A stretch of 64,000 bases of DNA from Podarcis liolepis. Taxonomy: Eukaryota. The stretch lies in the NCBI GenBank assembly GCA_965112155.1, contig OZ218105.1. One strand, written 5' to 3'. Under the pieces are notes generated by a model. The model did not search any database and was not told the origin of the DNA. It saw nothing but the letters and a program-made list of their open reading frames with translations. A program made the translations under genes and the position numbers. Positions 14,261 to 27,700 of this stretch are shown in pieces. Numbering within the stretch: the stretch's first letter is position 1; each line of letters starts with the position of its first letter.

Positions 14261-15553
14261 AGTTATCACTGTGCAAGAAAAGCTGTAGCTGGTCAACCAG
14301 ACAGAACTGGTAAAAGGCATTTTTGGGTTCTGATACCTGGAAAGTGTAAAGTTTCCTCAGCCCTCTGCGATGGAATTTTATTTTATTTTTAAAGGGCTAG
14401 ACACGAGATGTGGATGTACTGCAGATCAAGAGTTCTGAGTTCCCACTTGCCTGTGAGCTGCTACATATCTAGGCAAGTGGTTATTTACATGTCTGGCTTG
14501 AAAGGTGGGTGAAGGTTTTTTTTATTATTTTTTATGTTTTTGCTTTAACAAACTTTTATTACATATGTAATCCGGTATTCCTGAGGATGATTCCTTTTAT
14601 GCTTACAAAAATCTGGTCAGGTGTGTTTGACTGAAAAATGGGCACAATATTTCATTCTTTAAATGGACTAACTGATTTAGGATTCTGGTCTCCTTCGTCC
14701 AAGCATGACGCGTCATATCATGATGCCTTTTAGGGTCTCATCCACACCTCCATTTGTCCCGCTGCTTTTCCCCAGAGAAACCCCCAGTTTACCACTGAAT
14801 CAGACCAAATTGCAATTGGGTTTTCTGTGGATTGTTGTTTTTTTCCTATTCAGCAGTCAAGAGTGTGTTTCCTAGGCGAAAGCTGGGGGGCCAACACATA
14901 GCCATTCAGACCCAGGCCTAGAAAGCACGGGACCAGCAGAATACCACTCAGACCGGCCCCATTTTTTTTAGACACAGAACAAGTGGACGAGCTCTTAGTT
15001 AGGTTGTACATTGACTTTTATTCACATTTATAATTATAGGTGCATTCCCATGTTTACAAGCAGGGATGGCTGATGCCTCCCAGAAGTGGGAATGCTATAA
15101 ACCCTACCAGTCCTGTACCACCTTTACATGGATCTTTTTTAGTATTCTACCACAGCTCTGCGAATTGAAGGTACTTCTTATCAACCATAATATCTAAACC
15201 CACATTCAGAGACAGTATAACTCTCCATACTGGATGCTAGGGACACTTGCAGGTGGGAAATAGAATCATATTCATGTCTTGATTGTGAACAGAAGCATCT
15301 GGCTATTCACCATTGAAAACAAAGCTGCACTAGACTTCATCTGATCTAACAAGTCTGTTAATACTCTTATATGCCCAGTGTTGAGGGTTGTTTTGTAATA
15401 TTTTGAACAAGAATACTTTCTGGTTCTATAAACGTACTGGCATTTGATCCAGTCTGTTAAAAGCAAAACAAAAAACCCCCTGCAGAAATATGCCTTAATA
15501 AATATGTCCAAAAAAATTTAAACTGAAATATATGATTAAGAAGCAGTAATATA

Positions 15554-15703
15554 CAGATGTCTCCCAACTTGCGCACAATCAGCATGTGTGCTCCTGCTGA
15601 CACATGTGCCAAAAATGGCGATAAAAAAGGGCAGGGCAGAATGGGTGAATCCCCACTCGTGTGCGTCCCAGAATGGAACCCCGTGTAAGTAGGGATTCCC
15701 CTG
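15554..15703. mobile_element. Degenerate mariner-type MITE
   Basis: TA-CAG...CTG-TA ends with imperfect subterminal inverted repeats. Confidence 0.45.
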
Positions 15704-15924
15704 TAGTTTAAAAGTTATATCCAAACAAAGTGTGAGTGTCATTGGGGTGAGGGAAATGATTATTTAGATATAAAATCACAACTTGATATTATACACTTCG
15801 TTTTACAATGTTATCATTTTGAGAGAGAGAAAAGGGCACTGTGTTTTTATCTTGATAACCAAATGTGGGAGGAACCTCACAAAACAGAGTTTTTCTTTTT
15901 CCTCTTCTCACTGTAGTTCCCTAC

Positions 15925-16066
15925 TGTATCTAGTTGGTAGAAGAGGAGACTCTTAATCTCAGGGTTGTGGGTTTGAACACCACATTGGTCAAAAGATTCC
16001 TGCATTGCAAGGAGTTGGACTAAATGACCTTCACAGTCCCTTCTAACTCTACAATTCTATGACTCT
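15925..16066 (+). mobile_element. tRNA-Lys-derived SINE with CR1-type tail
   Basis: Head tagttggtaga..gagactcttaatctcagggttgtgggtttgaac (tRNA-Lys CTT-like); tail ttggactaaatgacc..cccttctaactctacaattctatga. Confidence 0.7.
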
Positions 16067-18148
16067 CTGAAAAGCCTGTCCAGAGGACTGGGATGTCTCC
16101 TGAATAGTAGCTTCAGTGAGATTGCTTTTTGCAGGCTGTGCTGGTGCCAGATAGTAGTACTACACCTGCAAAAATCTAAAATCTAAAAAAAATCAAGACT
16201 TTTATCACAGACACGTGTGTGTTGATGACCTTTCGCCATTATCTCAATGTTGGCTTTGATGCATTGTGGGGAAACCCAACCAGATGGGCGGGGTATAAAT
16301 ATTAAAATTGTTATTATTATTACTATCATTATTATTAAGTACACTAAATATGTGCAATGTATTAACAATAATACATTGCTAACTTGAACATATAAATTGT
16401 ATCTGATGTGTGAATTTTTTTTGTAAATCATTAATAAAAATTGTACTGGAATAAGTATTACATTTTGGTCTTCATGTGTTCACCCTAATTAAACAATTTT
16501 TATGTGAAACCAACTAGAATAGGAACATCTGTCTGAATGGAAGTGTTCGCTTTGATAAGTGCTGTTTTCATAAAATTAAGTGCTGTTTTCAATAAATAAG
16601 TTATTTCTTTTAGTACTTCTAACATTTCTCAGACATTGTCTGCTCTGTTTTTTGTTGCTTCCTATTAAAACTGTTTAGATTGCATGTTATAGTTTTATAT
16701 TTTATGATTGTATCTATGGTGGGGATGACCATTTTTGGTGAGAGTCTGAGGTGGGGTTGTCAAACAAACCATGGTTAGGTGAGGCTGCAGGATTTAGACA
16801 TAATGACAAACCATAGTTAAAAACAAGTCATGATTCATATGCCAACAACAAACCATGGCTTTGTTAGTCTAACCATAGTTAGTCTGCTGGGCATGCTTCG
16901 GATGGCTGAACAAATCACACTTTGCCGAGATAACCCATGGCTTAGTGTTATATGTGAATAGGCCTTTGAAACTAATACAGTAATCTTTTCATTTTAAAGC
17001 TAATCTTTGTCCAACACATGAAAAGTAACATTGTTTGTCTTGTCAATTTGTTCTCTCTAATGTAAATGGATTGAGAAATTGTTTTGTTTGTATTATTATT
17101 GCTACAGTTTATTAGCAGCCCTTCACCCAAAGTCCCAGGGCAGGTTACAACAATTAAAACACAGTATTAAAACAGTTTAACAGTACTTAAAATAAGGTGG
17201 GTCCTTATTTTTTTAAAAAAGAATTTGAATTTGATCCATATTGCAATTCATACTTGCAGACGATGGAGCAAGTTATGTATAAGTGCGTGTAATGGCTGCC
17301 CATTATCTCTTTTCATAACTGGAAGCCCCACTTCAGGGACATGTATGATTGGTGAAGAGACAGGATGGGGGAAGAGTGCTTAACTATTCTTCTAACTGAT
17401 ACTTCTTCATTCAAATCATATGCATTCATGCACCCACACCTCAAAGTGGAACTCAAACACTTGTACTCTCATCTTTGGAGTTATTTGGCTTATGGTATTG
17501 CCGTTGCTTATGGAATTACTACCTTTTGTAATTCACCATTATCAGTTACGTGCATTAAATTAAAAAGTAATGGTAAGCTGGTATGCATTGACCATTGTAA
17601 AGCATGTTGATTCCATGTGCAAAGGACTGGAAACAAGTGAGTGAATCAAGGGGAAGGAACAGAACAGGGAATGAGGACGCAAACAAGAAGAGTAGTGAAG
17701 ATTGATTACATCTGACTTATCATCCGTCCTGGTTCTCATGTAATGGCAGTGTCTCACAGAACATTCTTCCTCTGGGCACATCCAGTTACTTGGATCCTAT
17801 GTGCAGAACTACTCCTGGTGCTGTTAGTCTGCTGAAGACTAGAAGATTGCATGCAGCCAGAAAGAGGAGTGTACTGTTGGGCAACACTGTTGTCTTAGCA
17901 CCAAGGGTGGGAGAAGACTATATTAGCTTTCTAGCTTATCTCCTCTTCTGACTTGCTGTCTTCTAGTCCTGTCTAGAGAAAAGATATGTTGTTCTTTGCA
18001 TGCAGAAAATCTGGATCATGATTACTGTTAATTATTGTTATATAACATAAAAAGTATGAGCACAGGCTATTTTTCTTTCCCATTGATATCTTGTTTTCTG
18101 AAGTCAACCTCTTCACTAATGTCTAGCCCCTTCTGCTTTGTTTTTCAG

Positions 18149-18252
18149 ATCAGCAAAAATGGGAAGCACTGGATTCTGGTTTGCTCCTAGACATGTCAGT
18201 GGAACTGGTTAAGACCAAAATCTGAAGGTTTTTCTTCGTTATCCATCACCAG
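18149..18252 (+). other. PLAG1: PLAG1 5'UTR exon (equivalent of human non-coding exon 3)
   Basis: Polypyrimidine tract and tttttcAG acceptor (AG 18147-18148), CAG|GTGTGC donor at 18253. Sequence (AAAATGGGAAG..GGATTC..ACTGGTTAAGACCAAAATCTGA) resembles the human PLAG1 5'UTR as recalled. Confidence 0.7.
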
Positions 18253-21200
18253 GTGTGCACTGAACAGAGGCTACCATAAATCTGTTTTGAGTATGAACAC
18301 CTTTTAAAATGGTACAAAATATATAAAAGTATTGTTTTTTAACGTAGATTTAAAATGGTTTCTAATAACTGTATCATCCATCCTATAGTTGTGAAAGAAC
18401 AAATATGAATAAGTAATAATATACTGAAGCTGAAAATAGGCATTGTGACTCAAAATTTTTTCAGCTGGTCTTTGAGAAGTGTAATATTTGAACATTAATG
18501 TTAAAATCCTGTCTGCATTGCTCAGCCTGTACATCCACAATTGAATTAGCTTATCTAGATAGCTAGAAATAATAAGCCAGTGAGTGGTTTAATCAGAAAT
18601 TTATTCCAGGACCAGCATAACCAAATTTAAATGGCTGGGCTCCAGAGGACCATATGCAATGTTCTACGTTTGCACTAGGGCTTTACTGATCCACCCTTTC
18701 TACTGAAGCTCCTTGCGTGCATCCCTCTCCTTTCCCTCTCTCTCCTCCCAGCTGCTTCTAACGGTTAGGGCACACTCTGGAGAGAATTCAGTGAGCACAA
18801 GGTGGTGCAGTTGTAAGGGAAGATCAACTTTCCCACCCCGGTACTCTTGGAAGTGCTGTACATGCATGCACACGCCTCTTTGGATCCTGCCTGCTGAAAC
18901 TGTTTTTATATGAGGACATAGCTGCACTTAATTTATTAGCATTTGCATCATCGTAATGAATTCAGTGGTTAGATTCCAGAGCAATAAAGATCTTTCTTAT
19001 TCAGCACATAGTTTCAACTCCTTAAATTAAATATTCTTGAGGCCTTAGCTAGATGTAGTAGCAGTAGACTTGAGCATTCAAACATGGGTCTGCAGTGCAA
19101 CTCTAAAGCACAGTATATTTAAAGTGAAAGAGAGGTGGTGAAAGAGGATTGCTGAACTCATTGTCCCTAGCTTTTGAGCCCCACAATCCATTACATGTAG
19201 CTGAACTCATAGACCAAAATGAAACGTGGCTAGGGGGACTGGTTTTGGTCGCCAAAAATAAGAACAAAAACCTGTTGCTGGGGCAAGGGCTCAGCATTTC
19301 TTGTACTGGTTTTTCTCTTTTCAGTCATACCCCTCCTGCTGTACAGCTGGACACACCACTACCTGTGGTCCACGGTGCAGGTGATTGTGCTATATGTAGG
19401 GTCTTGAGATAGTCTCACCCATTTTTTTTTGAGAATAGCAATTACACACACATGCACAAACATATATGGTTGAGCTTACTCACAACTTCCTGACATCAAA
19501 AGGCAGCAGTTCTAGTTCTTTTCCAAGGTACTTCTAAGGCCTTACAATTTGTTCAATGTCATCACTGTATTGAGACAAATCCTTGAAAATCTTACCACTA
19601 AATCTATGTGGGTAGATAAAATTGCAGTTCACTATAGGTGTAGCTTCCTTTATAGGGCTTGAAGATGCCATAAGGCTACGGAATTATGATGAAGCAGTAA
19701 TCACCATGAGATGTTATGCTTTCTTTCTGAATTCATTAAGTATTTCCATAAACATTTCTTGTAGTTTATTATTTTTTTTTGCTCACTTAGGTTTTGCAGT
19801 TCATTCGCTTAATACTTTTATAGGAACCCACAACTGAATTTTGGGAATGCATGTTCTGCTTCCCAGTTCCTACTTAATCATATTTTCTTAATTAAACATT
19901 ATTGGTACCAATAAGGAAAGGTTAGAAAGATGGCAGGCAAATAATTAAATGTGCTTTATTTTTCATTTGTAGTTTGACTTGCACTTGTTTGCTTTTGTTG
20001 CTAATTGAGGGACACAACAATTGGTCACTGGAACAGCTTCAGTTCCTTTTCACTTAGGACGTCCTTAGAGTATCAGTATCTGGCACAACAAATAGGGGTA
20101 TGTTATTCAGTTTGTTGTGGAAGATGCATTAAAATGTACCATTTTATCAAAAAATGTAGTCCCTCACCCCACCCCCAGTTAGTGTGTCAGTTGTGAGTTT
20201 CATAGTTGCCCTTTCCTCTCTGCTGTTAAAAAGCTCTTAGAACTATTTTGGGCTTTCCCAGTGGCCTAATCATGAGTACATGAGAGATCAGCAGTTCCCC
20301 GAGAACTTGAACCCTGAGGTTTGAGCCTTCTCAGATGGGTCTGGCTCCCTCTATCAGTTTTGGGCTAACTATTGGTATTGCAACTGCACCAACATATTCA
20401 ATAGTCACTTTATAAAAAATCAACTGTGGTTGATGCTAAGTGTGGTTAATGAAATTGCTGATGCAGGCATAATATCAATCTTAGCAAGCCCTAAATATCA
20501 GAGGCTAGGGATGCTCACTCGGGAGGACAGGAGCACACAAATTTGCATTCTGGTCCTGACTATACAGCCATGATGAGGCTGCTGTACAACAGGGGCATTC
20601 AGATGAACACCACCGCTTCCATGACTTCCAGAAAGGCTTTTCATGAAGGGCAGGTGGCTGCAAGGGGGTGGAAGAGACAGGAAACTTGCTGTCTGTGAAC
20701 TTCCTTATGTTAAAGTGTAGTGGTAGCCAAGCCTAAAAATCTAGAATTTAATGTCTGTAGAGGGTTGCTCCCCAAATAACCAGCTGAATCTGCTACTACC
20801 AGGTTTTAGCATGTGGATAAAACATCCTGGAGATAATTATTACCACTTTTCCCAAAGGGAGGTATTTTTTTTCTTATATCATTTATCTAGTTCGTTTAGA
20901 AAGACATTGGCACAAATTATGAATAGCAAAATCATTTTCTTTTTACAATGTGAAGTGCAGAAATCAATAAAACAACAAAAAACATGCTAGGCTAATCTAT
21001 ACATTTTGCCATTCCCAGTCCCCCAAGAAGTAGGTTTATTTTTTTATCCACTGATAGATGTTTTTAAAACAATATCAGGTTTTTCAAAAGTTTATATACA
21101 GATTAAATATTTGGGTGGTAACTAGGTGTTCATTAGAATACATGGTTTGTTTGAAAGCACCAAAGATTTTACGGACAATCGTTCAGTTAGGAGGAACTGG

Positions 21201-22604
21201 CCTAGTTTGCATATCACTGTAACCCAAGCTGTGGCTTATTGCAACTGCATGAACATGTTGGCTCCAGAAAAGAGCCTGGCTCCTCCCCCAACCTTTTAGC
21301 ACAGTGTGGTGCAACAGCTAAGTCAAGGTTCAGCTTAGTGTGTCTTCTGAACCTGGGATTTGTCCTTTGGTTACAGATCGTGGTTGAGGAGACATCATGA
21401 TCTTGGGTTGGGATGCCACTCCATACTGCTAAAAGGCTTGAGGAGGAGCAAAGCAGGTGTGAGCTTCTCTCCAGGAGCCGTCACATTCACTTGGTTTCAG
21501 TAAGCCATAGTTTGCTTTACCATGACATGCAAACTACACCACTGAGTGAATCTTATTACGGTACCTTCTATGCTTATGCTTGTCTTTCCTTATAAACCTT
21601 TAGTATCTGTCAGTTGCATATCTAGCCTCCAATCTGTTTCCTTAATAGCTTCTTGGGCCTTGCTATCTATGATCTCAGCTTAGTTTTAATATTTGAAAAA
21701 CAGTACTGTTAGGAATAGAGGATTGCAGAGTGCTCATGGTTACTAAAAGCAAGGATTAGATAACTCTTGTAGATGTTGACATACTTGTGCCCATATAATT
21801 CCTGAGCACTAAATCACCACAGCTTGGCTGTCAGTCAGATCCTTATGTAGCTAATATTAGGGTCTTCTACACATGAAGAACAATTGCATGGTACAGACCA
21901 TTCAGGACTATAGCACTCTGAAATGCAATTTGAGGATTTGCATGATTGAATACACTTAATATCATCATCATTGTATTTTGAAGTCTCTGTGCATAAATAA
22001 CTATAAGGTCAGAAGACGCTGAGTTAGATTAGACATTATAGTTATCTGTTCACTGGGACTTTTCCTTGGCATTTTGTATTCCACAGGCAATAAAAAAATT
22101 TGTATAAGGCTATTCATACTTGCATTTCCCCCAAAGTTCTGTAGTAGTATAGTCATGGGAGTGCTGTATCATGCACCATTATTTTTAGTCCAGTTTACAG
22201 TGCTGCTTCAGACTAGATTCCTTTTGAATTGTGCTTTTTTTTCTTCAGTAGATGGCACTCACTTAGCAATATCACTTTGATTTGATAAAAGATACGAAAC
22301 TGTTTTCTACTGAAATATAGGAACAGTTACTTTTATTTAAGGCTTAGATAAATTCTTGCAGTACTACTACATTGCCTCAAGAACCTCAAAAGAATGGCAA
22401 GATGTAGTTTCAGCACATATGTGGTTCTGTCCATCCTGAGCAGTGAATTATGAGCTGTGATAAATAGCTTAAATGAGCCTACATATATTACATTAGACCA
22501 GCTGAACCTAATTTTATATAAGCTTTATTCAAAAACATCACATAGCAAGTAAACTTCAAAATTAAGTGTAGTTACAAATAGTTGTTTCTTATTTTTTTTT
22601 CCAG

Positions 22605-22966
22605 TCCCCTTTTGCTTTCTTTAACGACCACATGAAACTTGAGAAGCCATCTAAAGCTAAATCATTTAGTGGAGNNNNNNNNNNNNNNNNNNNNNNNNNN
22701 NNNNNNNNNNNNNNNNNNNNNNNNNNNNNNNNNNNNNNNNNNNNNNNNNNNNNNNNNNNNNNNNNNNNNNNNNNNNNNNNNNNNNNNNNNNNNNNNNNNN
22801 NNNNNNNNNNNNNNNNNNNNNNNNNNNNNNNNNNNNNNNNNNNNNNNNNNNNNNNNNNNNNNNNNNNNNNNNNNNNNNNNNNNNNNNNNNNNNNNNNNNN
22901 NNNNNNNNNNNNNNNNNNNNNNNNNNNNNNNNNNNNNNNNNNNNNNNNNNNNNNNNNNNNNNNNNN
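22605..22966 (+). other. PLAG1: PLAG1 first coding exon: 5'UTR part visible at 22605-22674, remainder (start codon, NLS, ZF1-ZF2) inferred to lie in the N gap
   Basis: Acceptor ttttttttttccAG ends at 22604. TCCCCTTTTGCTTTCTTTAACGACCACATGAAACTTGAGAAGCCA..TCATTTAGTGGAG matches the recalled PLAG1 5'UTR just upstream of the ATG. The N run then begins. Confidence 0.7.
22675..22966. other. Assembly gap (292 N)
   Basis: Run of n bases seen directly. Confidence 1.
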
Positions 22967-23493
22967 TTAAACTCTATTTATTTTTCAGATTATATTATCA
23001 TTTGTTGGCCATTTTAAGCTTTGTAAACGTATATATCTGTGTACACTTCAGCTGATTTGCAGGGAGGAAATGTTAGTTAATTTAGACATCAGATTGTAGA
23101 AGTATAAACTATAGTGCATAGTTTTACAAGCTAATATCTTTCAGTCTTTGTGTGTGTTTTCAAAGAGGAGTTTAAAGCTTTTTTCAGTTGTATAAACATG
23201 TTGCAAAGAAGTGTATGAATTGAGCATTTTTGCTATGGGCATAATTGAAATATTCATATATAATGAAATATATTATTAAAATAACTTAAACATCAAACTA
23301 AAATGTCAATTGAAATGAAATTGCTTGTAATGTGTGATTTGGTATATTTAAGTATGGCATTTAATGTCTATAGTGACATGTCTTTTGCAAAATATTTGTT
23401 TGAAAAAAATAGTTTAGTATTTAGCTGCCATTAAATGAACACGTGTACTTTTTGATCAAAATAATTACTTACAGAATATATCTGTGTTTCAAG

Positions 23494-24757
23494 GCATATG
23501 GCTACTCATTCTCCTGAGAAAACCCACAAGTGTAATTATTGTGAGAAAATGTTTCATCGAAAAGATCACCTAAAGAATCACCTACATACACATAATCCCA
23601 ATAAAGAGGCCTTTAAGTGTGAAGAATGTGGAAAGAACTACAACACGAAGCTTGGGTTTAAGCGTCACCTGGCTTTGCATGCTGCAACAAGTGGTGACCT
23701 CACCTGTAAAGTATGTTTGCAGACATTTGAAAGCACAGGGGTGTTGCTGGAGCACCTAAAAACTCATGCAGGCAAATCATCAGGTGGAGTGAAGGAGAAA
23801 AAGCACCAGTGTGAACATTGTGATCGTCGGTTTTACACCCGAAAGGATGTCCGGAGACACATGGTAGTGCACACTGGAAGAAAGGACTTCCTCTGTCAGT
23901 ATTGCGCACAGAGATTTGGCCGGAAGGATCACCTAACACGGCATATGAAGAAAAGTCACAACCAAGAACTTCTGAAGGTCAAAACAGAGCCAATGGATCT
24001 ACTAGACCCATTTCCTTGCAATGTTTCTGTGCCTATAAAGGACGAGTTACTTCCAGTGATGTCTTTATCTTCCAGTGAACTGACATCAAAGCCATTTACA
24101 AACACTTTGCAATTAAATCTCTACAATACTCAGATTCAGTCCATGCAGAGCTCAACATCTGCACACCAAATGGTTGCCACATCATTACCTTTAGGAATGC
24201 CTTGTCCAATAGATATGGAATCTGTCCATCCTTCTCACCAGCTCTCTCTAAAATATCCACTCAGTTCTACCTCATATACAGTTTCTATGACTGATAAAGA
24301 GCAGCCATTGAAAGGGGAAATTGAAAGTTACTTAATGGAACTGCAAAGTGGTATGCCTTCTTCATCCCAAGATTCTCAAGCATCTTCATCTAAATTAGGG
24401 TTGGATCCTCAAGTAGGACCACTAGATGATGGATCTGGGGATGTTTCCCTTTCGAAAAGTTCAGTTTCTATTAGTGAACCTCTAAGCACCCCATCACTGG
24501 ACTTCTCTCAGTTATTCAATTTTATACCTGTAAATGGACCTCCTTTTAATCCTTCTGTTTCTGTAGGAAATCTTGGAATGAGTTACACGCAAGAGGAAGC
24601 ACATTCATCTATGGCGCAGCTTCCTCCACAGGCACAAGATCCACATGACCCTGGTAATGGTATAGGCCTTGGGTCTTTGCATTCATTATCAGCAGCTTTC
24701 ACAAGCAGTTTAAACACAACCACAACCTTACCACGTTTTCATCAAGCTTTCCAATAG
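23494..24757 (+). CDS. PLAG1: PLAG1 zinc finger protein, last coding exon (end of ZF2, ZF3-ZF7, Ser-rich activation domain)
   Basis: ORF HMATHSPEKTHKCNYCEKMFHRKDHLKNH... has five complete C2H2 fingers, SUMO consensus sites VKTE/IKDE/LKGE and the C-terminus LPRFHQAFQ*. Acceptor tttcaAG at 23492-23493 (phase 2). Synteny with MOS and RPS20 favours PLAG1 over PLAGL1/2. Confidence 0.97.
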
Positions 24758-27700
24758 GGTGAAAAATTGCCTTGTGACAGGTTTATTTGTAGAAATGCCT
24801 TAGATTACTATTATTAATGTAGTGCCTACTATGTCATTTGTAAATCTACTTTTGTACAGTACCAATCTCATTAAGCCAGTATGAAATTCAAATTAACTTT
24901 TAAAATATTTTGAATGTGTTCATTCACAGTTGTTTACTCTGTGTGTGTTTTTTAAGTCTCTGTATTCTCACTGCCAATAGACCCACACTTAAAAAAGGAA
25001 AAGGAAACCATTCCCACTAAACGTTATGTATCCCTTGTTTAAAATTTCATTAAGATCTGATAATTCACTTTGTCAGTGGAATTGTGGCTATTTTGATACT
25101 TTCAAGACTAGGAACAAAACATTACTGTTAATACAGATGTCTGTGAAAAATTCAGAATATTTTTGCCTTGTTCATGAACTAAAAATCATGATTTATAAAT
25201 AAGGAAATGTGTTACTCTTGTATGAGAAAGTTTTTATGTGTAGTCTTCTTCAAAGGTCTGAAGGACCTACCACTTACGCTTAAATAACTTCACAAGAATA
25301 GAGAGGAAGAAACCTCTCACTTAAGTGCAATTACAAAGTATTATAATTTGGTAAGAAAGGTATGCCTGATTGGGAAGTTTTAAAAGAGACAAAATGTAAG
25401 AGCTGACCTTCAAATAAAAATATTGGGTGGTATTCAACTAAGTTTTTACTCAGAGTAGACTCTTTGAAATTACAGAACATGATTAAGTTAGGTCTATTAA
25501 TTTCAATAGGACTATTCTGAGTCAAACATGGTTGACTACTGCTCACTGGGTATCCAATGAGTATCCTACGTATCCAATGCTTTCTGCTCACTCACTGATG
25601 AAAGAAATCCATCAGCAGAATGGAGGAGGGAGGCATCTGTGGCAGTTTCCCTTCTCCCCTGAACTCCCCTGCACCCCAGACCATCTGTGCCAGACCCTCC
25701 GGACCAGATTTACAGCAACCATTGTGGGGCAGGGAAGCTGCACTGGAACGAGGAATTGCTAACAAGTGCCTTCTTCCAGTTCTGCTGACTAATTCCTTCA
25801 GTAAGTAAGCAGAAAGCATCAAATAAAATCCATGTTAACGTTACCTTTTCCATAATCATTTTTAGCAGTCTCATCAGAAAGATGGGGCGAAGCCGAGACA
25901 GAAAGTTTTTTATATGATGTCAATTTGATGTTTAGTTTGCAGTCAAAAAATGAATGTAAACTGGCAAATACATTTTTCCATATTATCATTGGAGCGGATC
26001 TCTTGAGTTATATTTCATGGTGTGTAATGTCACCCTAAGTAACAACGCAGATGGTAATCACACTTACCACGCCTGGGTATTTGGCTAGTGATTTTTCTCA
26101 CTGCCAATAATTAATAACAGGACTCTTAGGAGTGAAGTAAAAGCATATTGCTTATGCCACTTTTACCTAATATAAAAGGGTGTTTGGGAAAACTAACAAC
26201 AAAATGGCTACTCATGCTGTATGTCAAAGTGCTGTTGCTTTTCAAAATGCCCTCTTATATTTCCTACCCCAATAACCAAAAGAGGGAAAAACTGTGATAT
26301 ATAAATGCAAAATGTAGTTTTGCTGTAACTTGGTAAAATTCTATTCCTTGGCATAATTATCTCCAATCATTTGTGTAAATGAATACAAGGTTTTAAGTGG
26401 TTGACCTTAATATACTTCACAGAAACAAAAGTTGCTCCCATTAAGGAGCTTTGGCTCCTATTTGTATCATTAGTTCCTACTTTTTTATCGTAGGAACAAT
26501 ATGCAGGTGTGATTTTACTATTTTATACTGATGTATTTAAATTTTATTACTGAATGGTAACTTTTTATAAATGTTTATGTTCCAAAGGCATTAAAAAGGG
26601 GTGTATTAATAAGGAAAATACAGTTTCAAAATTCTGCAAGCTGCTCCAATATGCTGGGAGAAGACTTTCTCAAAGTAGACTTTAGCTCTGCTGCATGATT
26701 GCTTCCTTTAGTTTCTATGAAACAGGTTGCTTAAATACAGCTTCAGTGGAATGACTTGTTCAATATTGCTTTCCAGCCTTTTAGCACCATCATTTTAAGG
26801 GAGGGGAGAGGAACACATCAGAAGAAAATTGGAAATATTACAAACTTACTTTATGTCCAAATGACAAAGCAAATAGAAAATTGTTTAATTGTGATTATGA
26901 TTAGTAGTAGTATAGTAGTAGAAAAGATGGAAATACTATCTCTTGAAAGGAGTCATGTCCTATGAGAAAAGTATACCTCCTTCCATGCTGTTTTGGTAGA
27001 TGTTGAAGGAATTCAACACCTTTCCCAATCGGTACCTGAGGGACTGGCCTTCTCTGTCCCATTTTTTTCACACACTCAGTAGTTTTGTGTGCTACTGGGG
27101 AAACACCAGCAGGTGACTATTTGAAAAAGCTGTTCACCCATTTCAGAAGTGAGTTGAACTTTCTAATAGAGGCTTACCACTACATTGCTTATGGTGTTTG
27201 ACAGGGATGGTATGTACAAAGCATGTCACGACAATATTATCTGTTTTCAGTGTTAGTTGCTGGTTAACTTGTTTTTTAAAAAATAAAAAATAAAAAACTA
27301 GTTTTTCCAGTACTCCTTAATACATATGAAGGCTCCATGTTGTTACGGCAGTTCCCTCAGGTTGTAAGATGGTTTTAATTAGAGACACAGGTGCACTTCA
27401 AATTATAGTAGTAGGGACCTCTGACAAGATATTGAACCTCATTCAGTTAGTACTTCAGCAGATGGCTACACCTTGTGTTTCTGTCACTGAAGTAAGGTGT
27501 GGGAGTATATGGAAGCAGAATGACAGCGTAGGCAATATTTACACATTAGTGCTTTATGACTATACTGACTAAAAACATGAGCCAGACCTGATTGCTTTAT
27601 TAAGCTAATAATGAATGTTAAGAGTACATATTTTCAGGATTTTTGCCTAGTGAGCTCTATGTATTGTAGGCTGTTTTTGTTGTTGTTTTTTAACTAAAGC

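Noticed and set aside
15925-15995. tRNA-Lys gene
   Set aside because: Degenerate stems and fused to a CR1-type tail, so it is a SINE head.
22632-23055. 112-138 aa ORFs in the track
   Set aside because: Their length comes from translating Ns.
23498-23500. ATG as the true PLAG1 start
   Set aside because: It is an internal Met within zinc finger 2; a splice acceptor lies 4 nt upstream.
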